Shown in pieces: positions 24,985 to 36,046 of a stretch of 64,000 nt of DNA. The notes beneath the pieces are model-generated. The model had not been told where the DNA came from and did not search any database. It was given only the letters and a program-made list of their open reading frames with translations. The translations under genes and the position numbers were made by a program. The stretch is from an uncultured Gammaproteobacteria bacterium (GTDB taxonomy: Bacteria; Patescibacteriota; Patescibacteriia; VMEV01; CAYQCH01): the NCBI GenBank assembly GCA_964352335.1, contig CAYGRO010000007.1, positions 361-64,360 of the forward strand, given 5' to 3'. Within the stretch, counting starts at the first letter, position 1. Every line of letters starts with the position of its first letter.

Positions 24985-27711
24985 GTGGCAAGATATATGC
25001 TAGAATATGAATATATGCAAAAAATAAACGATTTTTACCAAATTAGCGCAAGCGAAGTTTTAAAAACAATAAATTCCTCAGAGCAAGGTCTTTCTACGAA
25101 AGAGGCTGGTTTACGATTAAAAGAGCATGGGTTAAATCGCCTGCCATCGGCTCAGCGTATATCTGCCTGGAAGATTCTCTTTGAACAAGTGAAGAGCCCG
25201 TTAGTTTTTGTCTTAGTATTTGCAGCTGCAATAAGTTTTTTTATTGGGGAGAAATTTGATGTAATCATTATCACAGCAGTAGTCATTATCAATACGATTA
25301 TAGGTTTTTGGCAAGAATACAAAGCAGATAAGTCCATTGAACAACTACAAAACCTTGTAAAGCAATACGCCACAGTGATCAGAGATGGGCAAAGAATGGA
25401 TATCTTATCTGAACAAATTGTTATTGGTGATATTCTCGTTTTGGAGTCTGGAGATAAAATTTCTGCAGACGCACGTTTGCTTTCTGTGCATGATTTTTAT
25501 ACGAATGAGGCAAGTTTAACAGGAGAATCAAATCCCGTGCATAAAGTAATAGAGATACTAGCTGGTAAATTTGGAATTGGAGATCAAAAAAACATGGTTT
25601 TTATGGGAAGTACTGTTGAGCGAGGTAGGGCAAAAGCAATTGTAATTGCAATAGGTTCTGAGACACAAATAGGAAAAATTGCACATTTAGTACAAAAGAC
25701 GGTAGATGAAGCAACTCCATTGCAAGTGCAGTTAAAAAAATTATCTGGTTTATTAACAATTTTTGTTCTTATTGCGGCTGTATTTGTTTTGCTTATCGGA
25801 TTTTTACGAGGAATGCACTTTAATGAGATATTAGTAACAAGTGCGGCTTTAGCTGTTTCAGCGATTCCAGAGGGATTACTCGTTGCATTTACTCTCGTAC
25901 TTGTTGTGGGGATGAAAAGAATTTTAAAACAAAATGCATTAGTGAGAAAACTAGTTGCAGCAGAGACTTTAGGTTCTGTATCAATTGTGTGTTCAGATAA
26001 AACAGGGACAATTACAGAGGGGGTTATGAAGGTAGATCAAATTATTATTGGTGGTTTACCAAGTAAGTCGATGAAAGGGTTTAATGCAAAAGTGGCAAAG
26101 TCAGCTGAAGAAATGCATTTATTCGCTCTAAAAATAATGGCATTATGTAATAATGCCTATAGGAAAAATTCAGATGATAAGTTAAAACAAGCTGAAATAG
26201 TAGGTGACTCAACTGATGTCGCTTTATTATCATCTACATTACATGCTGGTTATATTAAAGAGGAAATAGAAAAAGAATATACTCGAATTGACGAAATCCC
26301 ATTTCACGAAACATATAAATACCAAGCGACATTACATCGTATCGCCAATGATGGAGCTATGGTCTTTGCAAAAGGTGCTCCAGAAGCAATTTTAAACATG
26401 TGTTCTCGTTTTCAAAAAGGCAAAAAATCGTATCAATTAACAAAGGAATCGGAAGAAGAAATACGAACTGATTATGAAGATTTAACCAAGCAAGGTTTGC
26501 GTGTTTTAGCTTTGGCATATTCAAAAACAACAAAACAAATTGAATCATTTGACACACTTATTGATGATAGGGCAAATCCACAATTATCTGATTTAGTTTT
26601 TTTGGGCTGGGTTGGTTTAAAAGATCCTGTTCGAGAAGAAGTGAAGGCTGCTTTTAAAACAATGCAGAAAGCAAGTATTCGTACGGTTATTATAACTGGG
26701 GATCATAAATTTACCGTTCAGGCCATAGTAAATGAATTAGGAAAAGAAGTTGCTGATGAACGTATTTTAGAAGGAAAAGATTTAGACAAACTTTCTGAGG
26801 CTCAATTAGATGCGATTGTAGAAAATATTGATATCTATGCAAGAGTTGAGCCAAAACATAAATTGAGGATTATTCAATCTTGGAAAAGAAAAGGGGAGGT
26901 TGTTGCCATGTTAGGGGATGGAGTTAATGATGCTCCTGCATTAAAAGCTGCTGATATTGGAGTTGCTGTAGGAGAGAATGCTACTGATGTGGCTAAAGAA
27001 ACATCAGATATTATTTTATTAGAAGGGAATTTTAAAGTAATTGAGTCTGCCATTCGAGAAGGGCGAGTTATCTTTGATAATATTCGTAAAATTTTTCTGT
27101 ATTTAATCTCGGATAGTTTTACCGGGATTTTATTGATTAGTATCTCACTCGTACTTGGTTATCCAATTCCATTACTTGTGGCTCATATTCTTTGGATTAA
27201 TATTGCATCAGATGGGCTATTGAATTTAGCACTTACTGTAGAACCAGCAGAAAAAGATGTCATGCTTTATCCTCCTCGTAAAAAGGATGAGCCAATTATC
27301 AATAAAGAAATTTATGTTTTAATTGCGACCATTACATCGGTGGCGGTATTACTAGCAACTCCACTGTATATCTACATGTTTAACCATACAGGGGATTTAG
27401 AGTATGCAAGAACATTAGTCTTTACTGCTTTTGCAATTGATTCCATTATTTATGTCTTTAGTATTAAATCACTACGTCAGCCAATCTGGAAAATTAATCC
27501 ATTTTCTAATCGATGGTTAATCCTTGCTGTTTTGGTAACGGCATTAATGCAAGTACTTATTGTTTACGTTCCATTTTTACAAAAATTACTTAAAACAGTT
27601 CCTCTTAATGCATTTGATTGGGTACTTGTCTTTGGGATAGGGTTTGCTGGAATTATTATTCGAGAATCAATCAAATGGCTTTATTGGCATAATAAACGTA
27701 TAGAGGTTTGA
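24985..27711 (+). CDS. P-type cation-transporting ATPase (P2-type, Ca2+/Mg2+-like)
   Basis: 908 aa; phosphorylation motif CSDKTGTITEG, TGES, hinge GDGVNDAPAL; true start possibly internal Met (~25015). Confidence 0.85.
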   Translation: MARYMLEYEYMQKINDFYQISASEVLKTINSSEQGLSTKEAGLRLKEHGLNRLPSAQRISAWKILFEQVKSPLVFVLVFAAAISFFIGEKFDVIIITAVVIINTIIGFWQEYKADKSIEQLQNLVKQYATVIRDGQRMDILSEQIVIGDILVLESGDKISADARLLSVHDFYTNEASLTGESNPVHKVIEILAGKFGIGDQKNMVFMGSTVERGRAKAIVIAIGSETQIGKIAHLVQKTVDEATPLQVQLKKLSGLLTIFVLIAAVFVLLIGFLRGMHFNEILVTSAALAVSAIPEGLLVAFTLVLVVGMKRILKQNALVRKLVAAETLGSVSIVCSDKTGTITEGVMKVDQIIIGGLPSKSMKGFNAKVAKSAEEMHLFALKIMALCNNAYRKNSDDKLKQAEIVGDSTDVALLSSTLHAGYIKEEIEKEYTRIDEIPFHETYKYQATLHRIANDGAMVFAKGAPEAILNMCSRFQKGKKSYQLTKESEEEIRTDYEDLTKQGLRVLALAYSKTTKQIESFDTLIDDRANPQLSDLVFLGWVGLKDPVREEVKAAFKTMQKASIRTVIITGDHKFTVQAIVNELGKEVADERILEGKDLDKLSEAQLDAIVENIDIYARVEPKHKLRIIQSWKRKGEVVAMLGDGVNDAPALKAADIGVAVGENATDVAKETSDIILLEGNFKVIESAIREGRVIFDNIRKIFLYLISDSFTGILLISISLVLGYPIPLLVAHILWINIASDGLLNLALTVEPAEKDVMLYPPRKKDEPIINKEIYVLIATITSVAVLLATPLYIYMFNHTGDLEYARTLVFTAFAIDSIIYVFSIKSLRQPIWKINPFSNRWLILAVLVTALMQVLIVYVPFLQKLLKTVPLNAFDWVLVFGIGFAGIIIRESIKWLYWHNKRIEV

Positions 27712-27739
27712 TGATTTTACTGATACAATAAAAACAAAA

Positions 27740-28750
27740 ATGAAATCAATAACAAATACAACAGCTGAATTAAGCGCTTTATTTCCACCTGGTACTGCTG
27801 GGCGAGATATGGTTTCGCAAATTCCAATTTTTTTAGGAAATGCGTTGGTTTCTGATGTTAAAAAGCATTTCATTAAACATGCTTTGGAATATAAAACATT
27901 AAACTATTTGTATATTGTCGATGCTAGTCATCATCTCCTTGGTGTCACTTCGGTTAAAGAATTACTGCAAGCAAAAGGGGGGAGTAAATTATCCTCTATC
28001 ATGAAAAAAACGATTGTCTCTGTAAATCCATTAGATACGGTTCCTCATGTTGCATTATTAGCATTGAGACATAATTTAAAAATGCTTCCTATTGTTGATC
28101 ATAAAAAACGGCTAGTTGGTGCATTCAGTTCACAAAAATTATTAGATATTTTAAATAAAGAATTTGGTAATGACCTTTTAAGATTGTCTGGGGTGAGTGT
28201 TCCTAGGAAGCATTTTCATTTTCAACAAGTAAAAATCATCTACTCCCGATTACCATGGATGCTTATTGGTATGTTCGGAGGCTTGCTTACAGGTCTTATT
28301 ATCGGTGCATTTAAATCTTCCATTGAAGCGATTGTTTTATTGGCTGTTTTTATTCCTGTGATTATGAGTTCAGGGGCAACAAGTGCCAATCAATCTGCCA
28401 TGATTTTTTTAAGAAATCTTATTCATGGCGATATTAACGGTTGGACAAGGTATGTGTTAAATGAGATTAGAATTTCTGGTGCGATTGCATCCATTTTGTC
28501 TATTCTCTTATATCTTATCTTGGCATTCTATCCAGGGGATATGGTTTTAGCTGGCGCTGTAAGTATTTCACTTTTTTTTACCATTATCTCTGGGTCATTG
28601 GTGGGGGTATTTACTCCTATGGTTTTAAATAAACTAAAATTAGATCCCTCTACAGGTGCTGGACCTTTTTTAACAATACTTAAAGATTTGATCGCAATGA
28701 CAATTTATTTTACAATTGCCACTTCTTTTTTAACGTATTTTGGAGGATAA
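27740..28750 (+). CDS. mgtE: Mg2+ transporter MgtE (CBS pair + MgtE TM domain)
   Basis: 336 aa; CBS-like N-half, 5 TM C-half with conserved D/P-rich helices. Confidence 0.7.
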   Translation: MKSITNTTAELSALFPPGTAGRDMVSQIPIFLGNALVSDVKKHFIKHALEYKTLNYLYIVDASHHLLGVTSVKELLQAKGGSKLSSIMKKTIVSVNPLDTVPHVALLALRHNLKMLPIVDHKKRLVGAFSSQKLLDILNKEFGNDLLRLSGVSVPRKHFHFQQVKIIYSRLPWMLIGMFGGLLTGLIIGAFKSSIEAIVLLAVFIPVIMSSGATSANQSAMIFLRNLIHGDINGWTRYVLNEIRISGAIASILSILLYLILAFYPGDMVLAGAVSISLFFTIISGSLVGVFTPMVLNKLKLDPSTGAGPFLTILKDLIAMTIYFTIATSFLTYFGG

Positions 28751-28754
28751 AACT

Positions 28755-29402
28755 ATGAATGTATATCAATTACAAAAAGATGGAAAACTTTCAAAATCGG
28801 ACAGAGATGAAGTTGTTTCGATTTTGAATAATCATGGAATTATTGTAATGCCAACAGATACAAGTTATGGTCTTGCTGCGAAAATAGATGATGAAAAAGC
28901 ATTAAAGAAGCTAGTTAAAGTAAAAGGAAGAGAAAAAGGGAAGACAATGTCTATCGTTGTTAAAGGGCAAGCACAAGCTTTAAAATACGGAGTTATTTCA
29001 TGCAATCCAAAAGCCTTATGGAAAGCATTTCTCCCTGGTCCGCTAACTCTTGTTGTTTGGTCGAAAGTAAAAAAACTCCCATTGATAAGAAGAGAAGATA
29101 ATACCTTGGCGATAAGATTTGTACCAACCCCAGTTGTGAATCAAATTTTAAGAGCCATTGATACTCCTGTGACCATTACTTCTGCTAATCGTGGAAGAAA
29201 AACTGATGTTTATTCCCTTGATGAATTTAAGAAACAGTATAAAAATGGTACATTACCAGAAGCGTTTATTGATGCAGGTAAATTAAAAAAACAGAAACCT
29301 TCTACCATTGTAAGTGCCCTTAAAGGAGAAAAGGTCATTGTGCTAAGAAAGGGACCTGTTTCCGAAAAACAAATTAAACAAGCTATTAAGAATTCTCATT
29401 AA
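28755..29402 (+). CDS. tsaC: L-threonylcarbamoyladenylate synthase (Sua5/YrdC/TsaC family)
   Basis: SD GGAGGA 7 nt upstream of ATG; IVMPTDTSYGLAA… YrdC fold. Confidence 0.8.
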   Translation: MNVYQLQKDGKLSKSDRDEVVSILNNHGIIVMPTDTSYGLAAKIDDEKALKKLVKVKGREKGKTMSIVVKGQAQALKYGVISCNPKALWKAFLPGPLTLVVWSKVKKLPLIRREDNTLAIRFVPTPVVNQILRAIDTPVTITSANRGRKTDVYSLDEFKKQYKNGTLPEAFIDAGKLKKQKPSTIVSALKGEKVIVLRKGPVSEKQIKQAIKNSH

Positions 29403-29411
29403 CTTTATTTT

Positions 29412-31001
29412 ATGTCAGATCGACCTAAACCTGTTGTTCTCATTTCATTAGATGGATGGGGGGCAAGTGCTATTACAGATGGAAATGCCATCGAACAAGC
29501 CAATACGCCCAATATGGATAATTTAATGAGAAATTATCCATTTACCTACGTAGATGCCTCCGGGATTTCTGTTGGTTTGCCATGGGGTGAGGTTGGGAAT
29601 TCAGAGGTAGGCCATCTTAATCTTGGTGCGGGTCAAGTTATTTATCAAAATTTACCTCGAATTCAAATTTCTATTCAAGATGGAAGTTTTCAAAAGAATG
29701 AACATTTTTTAAATGTGATTAAACAGGTCAAAAAGAATAAAACTAAACTTCATTTATTGGGGATTCTTTCAAGTGGTGGAGTCCATGGGCATATGGATCA
29801 CTGTTTTGAATTATTAAAAATGTGTAAAGAAAATAAATTGAAAAAAAATGTTTTTGTTCATGCCATCACAGATGGACGTGATACACCTGCAGCGGTTGCG
29901 GACCAATTTATTGCTCAGTTATTGGCTGTAATGAAAAAAACAAAGGTTGGTCAATTAGCTTCTATGGTTGGTCGGTATTATGCAATGGATAGGAATAATA
30001 ACTGGGACAGAACAAAGCTCGCCTATGAGCTTATGACCAAAGGATTAGGGTTACAATTTAAAGATCCTCTTGAAGCAATAAAAGAATTGTATGGTCAAGA
30101 TATGAAAGATGAGCAATTGCAGCCCACAGTAATGGTAGATAAAAAAGGAAATCCATTGGCCATTGTAGAACCCGGTGATGCAGTTATCTTTTGGAATTAT
30201 CGTCCAGATCGTGCCAGACAAATAACAAAGGCCTTTGTTTTAGATGAATTTGAAGGGTTTGAAAGAGAAAAAATTGATCCATTACAATTTGTCACGATGA
30301 TGGAATATGAATCAGGGCTTCCTGTAGACGTTGCTTTTCCTCCGCAAAATATTCAAGAACCTGTTGGAAAAATCATTTCAGATGCTGGCTTGAAACAATT
30401 ACGTTTAGCCGAAACAGAAAAATACGCTCATGTAACCTATTTTTTCAATGGTGGTTCCGAAGAAGAATTACCAAATGAGGATAGAGCGCTTGTTCCATCT
30501 CCCAATGTAGCTACTTATGATTTACAGCCAGAGATGTCTGCTGACGGTATTGCCCAAAAGGCTGTAAAAGAAATTGGTTCAGGTAAATATGATTTTATTA
30601 TGTTAAATTTTGCTAACGCCGATATGGTTGGGCATACAGGGAATTTTGAAGCAGCCAAAAAAGCCGTTGAAGCTGCTGATGCTGGCGTAGGAAAAATAAC
30701 TGATGCGGTATTAAAGCAAGGTGGGGCTGTTGTGATTACAGCTGATCATGGAAATGCGGAGCAAATGAAAGACCCATTAAAAGGAACTGAGGTAAAAGAG
30801 CATTCTACTTCTTCTGTTCCATTAATCATCATTCAAGATTCTCGCAAAAGAGAATTAGATGAAGCGACATTTGAAGCCTTAAGAAAACAAATTACTCCAA
30901 TCGGGATTTTAGGAGATGTTGGTCCAACAGTTCTTGCATTATTGGGGCTAAACCCTTCGGCAGAAATGACGGGTAGAAGTCTATTGGATGATTTGATCTA
31001 A
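29412..31001 (+). CDS. gpmI: 2,3-bisphosphoglycerate-independent phosphoglycerate mutase
   Basis: 529 aa; LISLDGWG…, SEVGHLNLGAGQ, C-terminal DHGN metal-site motifs. Confidence 0.9.
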   Translation: MSDRPKPVVLISLDGWGASAITDGNAIEQANTPNMDNLMRNYPFTYVDASGISVGLPWGEVGNSEVGHLNLGAGQVIYQNLPRIQISIQDGSFQKNEHFLNVIKQVKKNKTKLHLLGILSSGGVHGHMDHCFELLKMCKENKLKKNVFVHAITDGRDTPAAVADQFIAQLLAVMKKTKVGQLASMVGRYYAMDRNNNWDRTKLAYELMTKGLGLQFKDPLEAIKELYGQDMKDEQLQPTVMVDKKGNPLAIVEPGDAVIFWNYRPDRARQITKAFVLDEFEGFEREKIDPLQFVTMMEYESGLPVDVAFPPQNIQEPVGKIISDAGLKQLRLAETEKYAHVTYFFNGGSEEELPNEDRALVPSPNVATYDLQPEMSADGIAQKAVKEIGSGKYDFIMLNFANADMVGHTGNFEAAKKAVEAADAGVGKITDAVLKQGGAVVITADHGNAEQMKDPLKGTEVKEHSTSSVPLIIIQDSRKRELDEATFEALRKQITPIGILGDVGPTVLALLGLNPSAEMTGRSLLDDLI

Positions 31002-31047
31002 TAGCAAGAAAAACGTATTATCTTTTCAGATTTGATTTAATTTATTT

Positions 31048-32343
31048 ATGTTTAAATATCTTCTTCCTAATTCGTGGAAACGTCTTTATCATTTTTCTTG
31101 GGCAATAGTGAGTATTCTTGTTTATGGTTTGCCTTCTAGAAAAATGAAAATCATTGGTGTTACAGGAACTGATGGGAAAACAACAACGACAACTCTCATT
31201 CATTCTGCCTTAAAAGAGTCTGGCATAAAAGTTGCCATGATCAATGGACTTACCTTTAGTCTTCCTTCAAAAGAATGGAAAAATGCTTCTGACAATTCAA
31301 CACCGGGGAGATTGGCGATTAGAAAATTTTTGAAACAAGCGAAAAAAGAAGGTTGTGAGGTTGTGGTTTTGGAAGTTACTTCATGGGGGCTAGAGCAATA
31401 CCGTTTATTAGGAGTTGCTTTTGATGTGGCTGTTATTACCAATTTTGCTCATGAACATTTAGACTTGCATAAGTCTATGAATCGTTATCGGTCAATGAAA
31501 GGGAAGTTATTTAAAGCTCTGGATTCAAAGCGTAAGCCAGGACAAGAAAAAATAGCGATTGTTAATAAAGATGACGAATCATTTGCGTATTTCAATCGGT
31601 TTAAAGCAGATAAAGTTATAAGCTATAGTTTAAAACAAGATGCCGATCTTAAAGTAGGGGGGATACAACAAAAACCTCAACTCAAATTTGATTTGTATAT
31701 GGAATCACAAAAATTTCCTGTTGAATTACAAATTAAAGGTGTTTTTAATATTTCAAATGCACTTGCTGCTATTGGAGCTGCTCGTGCAGTGGGGGCTGGT
31801 ATTGAATCTAGTATAAAAGGAATGGAAAAAGTTGAACAAGTACCAGGAAGAATGGAATTTATCGATGCGGGGCAACCATTTTATGTGGTTGTAGATTTTG
31901 CACATACTGCTCAAGCATTTGAAGCTATTTTTGCTTCGGCCCGTTCTATGGTGGGAGAAGGGAATCAAATTATTGCTGTTTACGGTTCAGCTGGTGGTCG
32001 AGACAAAGGACGTAGAAAAATGATTGGTGACATCGCAGGGAAAATGATCGATTATAGTATTTTAACAACTGATGACCCGAGAAATGAAGATCCAGAAAAA
32101 ATTGCTGGACAAATTATTGAGGGACTTGCACTGCATCATAAAAAAGTGAATGATGATTTCATTTTTGTAAAAGACCGCGCTGAGGCAATTGCCAAAGGGA
32201 TAGACCTCGCAAAGGATGGAGATATCGTTCTTACATTAAGCATGGGGGCATATGAAATCATGTATGTTGGCGATGGAAAAGTACAATGGTCAGATAAAGA
32301 AGCTGCGAAAAAAGGTTTACAAAAGCGTGGGTTTCTCACCTAG
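31048..32343 (+). CDS. Mur ligase family protein (MurE/MurF-like)
   Basis: P-loop GVTGTDGKTTTT; 431 aa with Mur ligase middle and C-terminal domains. Confidence 0.65.
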   Translation: MFKYLLPNSWKRLYHFSWAIVSILVYGLPSRKMKIIGVTGTDGKTTTTTLIHSALKESGIKVAMINGLTFSLPSKEWKNASDNSTPGRLAIRKFLKQAKKEGCEVVVLEVTSWGLEQYRLLGVAFDVAVITNFAHEHLDLHKSMNRYRSMKGKLFKALDSKRKPGQEKIAIVNKDDESFAYFNRFKADKVISYSLKQDADLKVGGIQQKPQLKFDLYMESQKFPVELQIKGVFNISNALAAIGAARAVGAGIESSIKGMEKVEQVPGRMEFIDAGQPFYVVVDFAHTAQAFEAIFASARSMVGEGNQIIAVYGSAGGRDKGRRKMIGDIAGKMIDYSILTTDDPRNEDPEKIAGQIIEGLALHHKKVNDDFIFVKDRAEAIAKGIDLAKDGDIVLTLSMGAYEIMYVGDGKVQWSDKEAAKKGLQKRGFLT

Positions 32344-32384
32344 AAAATTGATTTGAAAGAATCTAAACAACAAAAAGTACTACT

Positions 32385-32414
32385 TTGACACCTTGTATAG
32401 AACCCTTTTATACT
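32385..32414 (+). promoter_or_regulatory. Sigma70-like promoter TTGACA-18-TATACT upstream of gdh
   Basis: ttgaca ccttgtatagaaccctt t tatact. Confidence 0.5.
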
Positions 32415-32430
32415 AGGTGGACTTTAATTA

Positions 32431-33687
32431 TTGTATAAGCCTATGACGACAAATAATCCGTTTGAATCAGCCATGAAACAATTAGACAATGCGGCTGAAT
32501 ACATTTCAGATCAAGATCAACAATATGTAGCTGTATTGCGTAATCCGAAACGACAAGTAGAGGTATCTATTCCATTTCGAATGGATGATGGTTCATTAAA
32601 AATCGCACAAGGATATCGTGTTCAATATGATGATCATCGAGGTCCGTTCAAAGGTGGGATTCGGTATCATCAAGATACAGATATCGATGAGGTAAAGGCC
32701 TTAGCTTTTTGGATGGCGGTAAAAACAGCAACTGTTGGAATTCCACTCGGTGGAGGAAAAGGTGGGGTGACAATCAATCCAAAAGAATTATCAGAAACTG
32801 AGTTAGAAAATCTTTCTCGAGCATGGGCTCGTGTCATGGCTCCTATAATTGGCCCAGATATTGATATTCCCGCGCCAGATGTAAATACGACACCACAAAT
32901 AATGGAGTGGATTGCCGATGAATATGCAAAAATCACAGGAAAGTCACAGCCTGGGGTTATTACAGGTAAACCTATTGAAGCTGGTGGAAGTGAAGGGAGA
33001 GGCACTGCTACTGCGCAAGGGGCTTTTTACTGCCTAGAAGAATTAATGAAAAAGCTAACAAGAGAGCCTGAATCTACAACAGTAGCGATTCAAGGATTTG
33101 GAAATGCTGGTGCTCATTTTGCTAACCTTTGTTTTGATGCTGGCTATAAAGTGATTGCCGTATCAGATTCTCGTGGTGGTATATTGAACAAAGATGGGTT
33201 AGATCCAAGAAAGGTACTTGAACACAAAAACTTAACAGGGTCTGTTCAAGGTTTTGATGGAGCCGAAGATATCACAAATGAAACTCTACTTACAACAGAA
33301 TGCACAATATTAGCTCCTGCTGCTTTAGAAAATGCTATTACAGATAGGAATGCTGATACTATCAAAGCAATGGCAATTATAGAATTAGCTAATGGTCCCA
33401 CAACACCAATGGCAGACGAAATTCTTACGAAAAAAGGGGTTACAATTATCCCTGATGTATTAGCAAATGCTGGAGGAGTAACAGTTAGTTACTTTGAATG
33501 GTATCAAAACCAAAATAATGAGAAATGGTCAGAAGAAGAGGTCTTACAAAAGCTAGAGCCAATTATGAAAGAAGCTTTTACCGCTATTTGGTCGAAGAAG
33601 GAAGAAGTAGGTAAAGATATGCGAACAGCTGCCTTTATTTTAGCAATACAAAGAATTATTGATGCAATGAAAGAGGCAAAACTCTAA
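32431..33687 (+). CDS. gdhA: Glutamate dehydrogenase (Glu/Leu/Phe/Val dehydrogenase family)
   Basis: 418 aa; GGGKGG and GFGNAG dinucleotide motifs; TTG start in track, alternative ATG at 32443. Confidence 0.9.
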   Translation: MYKPMTTNNPFESAMKQLDNAAEYISDQDQQYVAVLRNPKRQVEVSIPFRMDDGSLKIAQGYRVQYDDHRGPFKGGIRYHQDTDIDEVKALAFWMAVKTATVGIPLGGGKGGVTINPKELSETELENLSRAWARVMAPIIGPDIDIPAPDVNTTPQIMEWIADEYAKITGKSQPGVITGKPIEAGGSEGRGTATAQGAFYCLEELMKKLTREPESTTVAIQGFGNAGAHFANLCFDAGYKVIAVSDSRGGILNKDGLDPRKVLEHKNLTGSVQGFDGAEDITNETLLTTECTILAPAALENAITDRNADTIKAMAIIELANGPTTPMADEILTKKGVTIIPDVLANAGGVTVSYFEWYQNQNNEKWSEEEVLQKLEPIMKEAFTAIWSKKEEVGKDMRTAAFILAIQRIIDAMKEAKL

Positions 33688-33705
33688 AAACAAATAAAAA
33701 AAAAG

Positions 33706-33728
33706 CAGGGCAAGACCCTGTTTTTTTT
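33706..33728 (+). terminator. Rho-independent terminator after gdh
   Basis: caggg-caaga-ccctg followed by T8. Confidence 0.6.
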
Positions 33729-33794
33729 CTGTGTAGATATTACTATACTTTTCTGTAAAATAAACCTACAATAAAGTAGATTAACCATAGAAAC

Positions 33795-36020
33795 ATGCGA
33801 ATTTCAATTCACCCTATTTTAGGTGCTTTTCTTTTTTCTTCATTATTTGGAATGATTGCTCCAATTGCACATTCTGGTGACTTATCAGTTAGTAGTGCTT
33901 CTTTTGTTCATGCTGAAGTAGGACAATTGCTCGTACAATACCAAGGACAAACAAAACCTCAACTTTTACAATATAGTACCAATAAAGAAGCGCAAAAAGC
34001 ATTACAAAAATTTCAGAAAAGAAGCGATATTCTTTTTGCACAACCTAATTATACTTATCAAGCATCCGCATTACCAAATGATCAATTGATTGCTTCTCAA
34101 AAACATCTGGGCCAAATTAAAGCAACAGAAGGATGGAATAGTGCAACAAGTGCCAAAGATGTTGTGATTGCCGTTATTGATAGTGGGGTTGATATTGGTC
34201 ATCCTGATTTAAAAAATAATCTTTGGAAGAATCCAAGAGAAACAAAAAACTCAATCGATTCAGATAATAATGGTTATGTAGATGATATAAATGGTTGGGA
34301 CTTTTTAGAAGGAATTGCGGACCCTCGCCCTAAATATTATGAAAGTACACCAGAAGATTCTATTGGGGTTCAACATGGAACCATGGTTGCTGGTATAATC
34401 GCATCGCAAGGAAATAATGGGATTGGTACTGCAGGAATTGCATGGGAAGCACAATTAATGACATTGCGAGTTCTAAATCATATTGGGATTGGTAATTCAG
34501 AAACCGTTACAGAAGCTTTACGATATGCCATTAATAACGGTGCGGATATTATTAATATGAGTTTGGTTGGAACAGATTATGATCCGATGGTTGTTGATTT
34601 ATTAAATCAAGCTTACGAAAAGGGCATTATCGTTGTGGCTGCTGCTGGAAATAATGGTGCAAATTTAAATGCATTAGAGACTTATCCTGTTTGTTACAAT
34701 CAAATGGGTGCCGCTACCGTTATCGGGGTTGGTGCTATTGATAAAGATTTCAATAGACCTAATTTTTCAAATTATGGTTCAGACTGTGTCGATATTGTAG
34801 CTCCAGGTGTAAATGTGTATTCAACAAGGTTTGTTGGTGAAGGGTTTACTGATCAAATAAAGTATAAAGCCCTTTTTAGTGGAACCTCATTTGCTGCTCC
34901 TCAAGTAACAGGTTTGGTGGCTTTGATGAAACAACTAAAACCAGATCTTAATACGGAGCAAGCACTCTTCTTTTTACAAACGGGTTCAACTTCATTAGCG
35001 GGAATACATGTTAAAGGTGCAGGGTTTGATTATGCACTAAATATGGAAGGTACAATGGATCTTTTTGTTCAAACTATTGTCGATAATCCTGATCCTGTAA
35101 TCGATATTCCTGCGACTCAACAAGATAACCCTGAATTTTTAGTTTATCCACTTGGTGAGTTTGGCTCAGTTGCTTTTAAATATGAATTACCAGGTCCACA
35201 ATTAGTAACTCCTGTTGTTTTTGAGGATCAAATTTTTGCAAAGGGGATGCGCATGACTTTAAATACACCATTTACCGTATTAATAAATGCTTGGCGAGGT
35301 GGTTCGAAATCACTCTATCAGTATAATCTGATATCCCAAGAAATGAAGTTATTATTCGAGTTACCTATTGGAAATGACCAAACAATTGGGCAAACGGCTA
35401 TAGGTAAAGTTGATGTAGACAATAAAGATGATTTGATTATTGCTTCTGGTCCAGATGCTCAGCCGTATATTGGTTTATATGATATGAAAGGGACATTAAA
35501 ATACTCATTTAAGCCCTATAATGATGAAATTAATGGAGGGCTTTCTGTTGCTTTATGGGATATTAATAATGATGGCTTAAATGAAATTGTTGTTGTTCCA
35601 GAAAATCAGACGGATGGTCATATTAAGATTTTTGATTATACCGGATTACTTATCAAAGAATGGGTCGCTTATGAGAACTTTGGTGGTGGAGCAACGCTTT
35701 CTACAGGGGATATTAATAATGATGGTGTAGAAGAATTAATTGTTGGTCCAGGTGGAACAGGTGGGCCACATGTAAAAATCTTCAATGTAAATGGAGAAAT
35801 GGTTCAAGAATTTTTTGCGGGTGATGTTATCGATGCTGGTGGTGCAGATGCTAAATTTTATGATTTTGATAGAGATGGCATTAATGATTTTGTCTTTTCA
35901 TTTAAAATGGCTGGTACTCCAGTTATTCGTTTATACGATATGCAAGGAAAATTTAAAGCAGAATATGGCGTATTAGACGGTGATTATCGTGAAGGCGTCG
36001 GAATTGTACTTATTGATTAA
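33795..36020 (+). CDS. Secreted subtilisin-like S8 peptidase with C-terminal FG-GAP/beta-propeller repeats
   Basis: Signal peptide; catalytic triad contexts VIAVIDSGVD, HGTMVAGIIAS, GTSFAAPQVTG; C-terminal INNDG repeats. Confidence 0.8.
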   Translation: MRISIHPILGAFLFSSLFGMIAPIAHSGDLSVSSASFVHAEVGQLLVQYQGQTKPQLLQYSTNKEAQKALQKFQKRSDILFAQPNYTYQASALPNDQLIASQKHLGQIKATEGWNSATSAKDVVIAVIDSGVDIGHPDLKNNLWKNPRETKNSIDSDNNGYVDDINGWDFLEGIADPRPKYYESTPEDSIGVQHGTMVAGIIASQGNNGIGTAGIAWEAQLMTLRVLNHIGIGNSETVTEALRYAINNGADIINMSLVGTDYDPMVVDLLNQAYEKGIIVVAAAGNNGANLNALETYPVCYNQMGAATVIGVGAIDKDFNRPNFSNYGSDCVDIVAPGVNVYSTRFVGEGFTDQIKYKALFSGTSFAAPQVTGLVALMKQLKPDLNTEQALFFLQTGSTSLAGIHVKGAGFDYALNMEGTMDLFVQTIVDNPDPVIDIPATQQDNPEFLVYPLGEFGSVAFKYELPGPQLVTPVVFEDQIFAKGMRMTLNTPFTVLINAWRGGSKSLYQYNLISQEMKLLFELPIGNDQTIGQTAIGKVDVDNKDDLIIASGPDAQPYIGLYDMKGTLKYSFKPYNDEINGGLSVALWDINNDGLNEIVVVPENQTDGHIKIFDYTGLLIKEWVAYENFGGGATLSTGDINNDGVEELIVGPGGTGGPHVKIFNVNGEMVQEFFAGDVIDAGGADAKFYDFDRDGINDFVFSFKMAGTPVIRLYDMQGKFKAEYGVLDGDYREGVGIVLID

Positions 36021-36046
36021 TAACTACTCCTTAAGGAAAAAGCACT

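Noticed and set aside
31048-32343. MurT (lipid II amidotransferase subunit) assignment for the Mur-ligase-like gene
   Set aside because: No Zn-ribbon insertion or adjacent GatD-like amidotransferase was seen. The gene is kept as a generic Mur ligase family protein.
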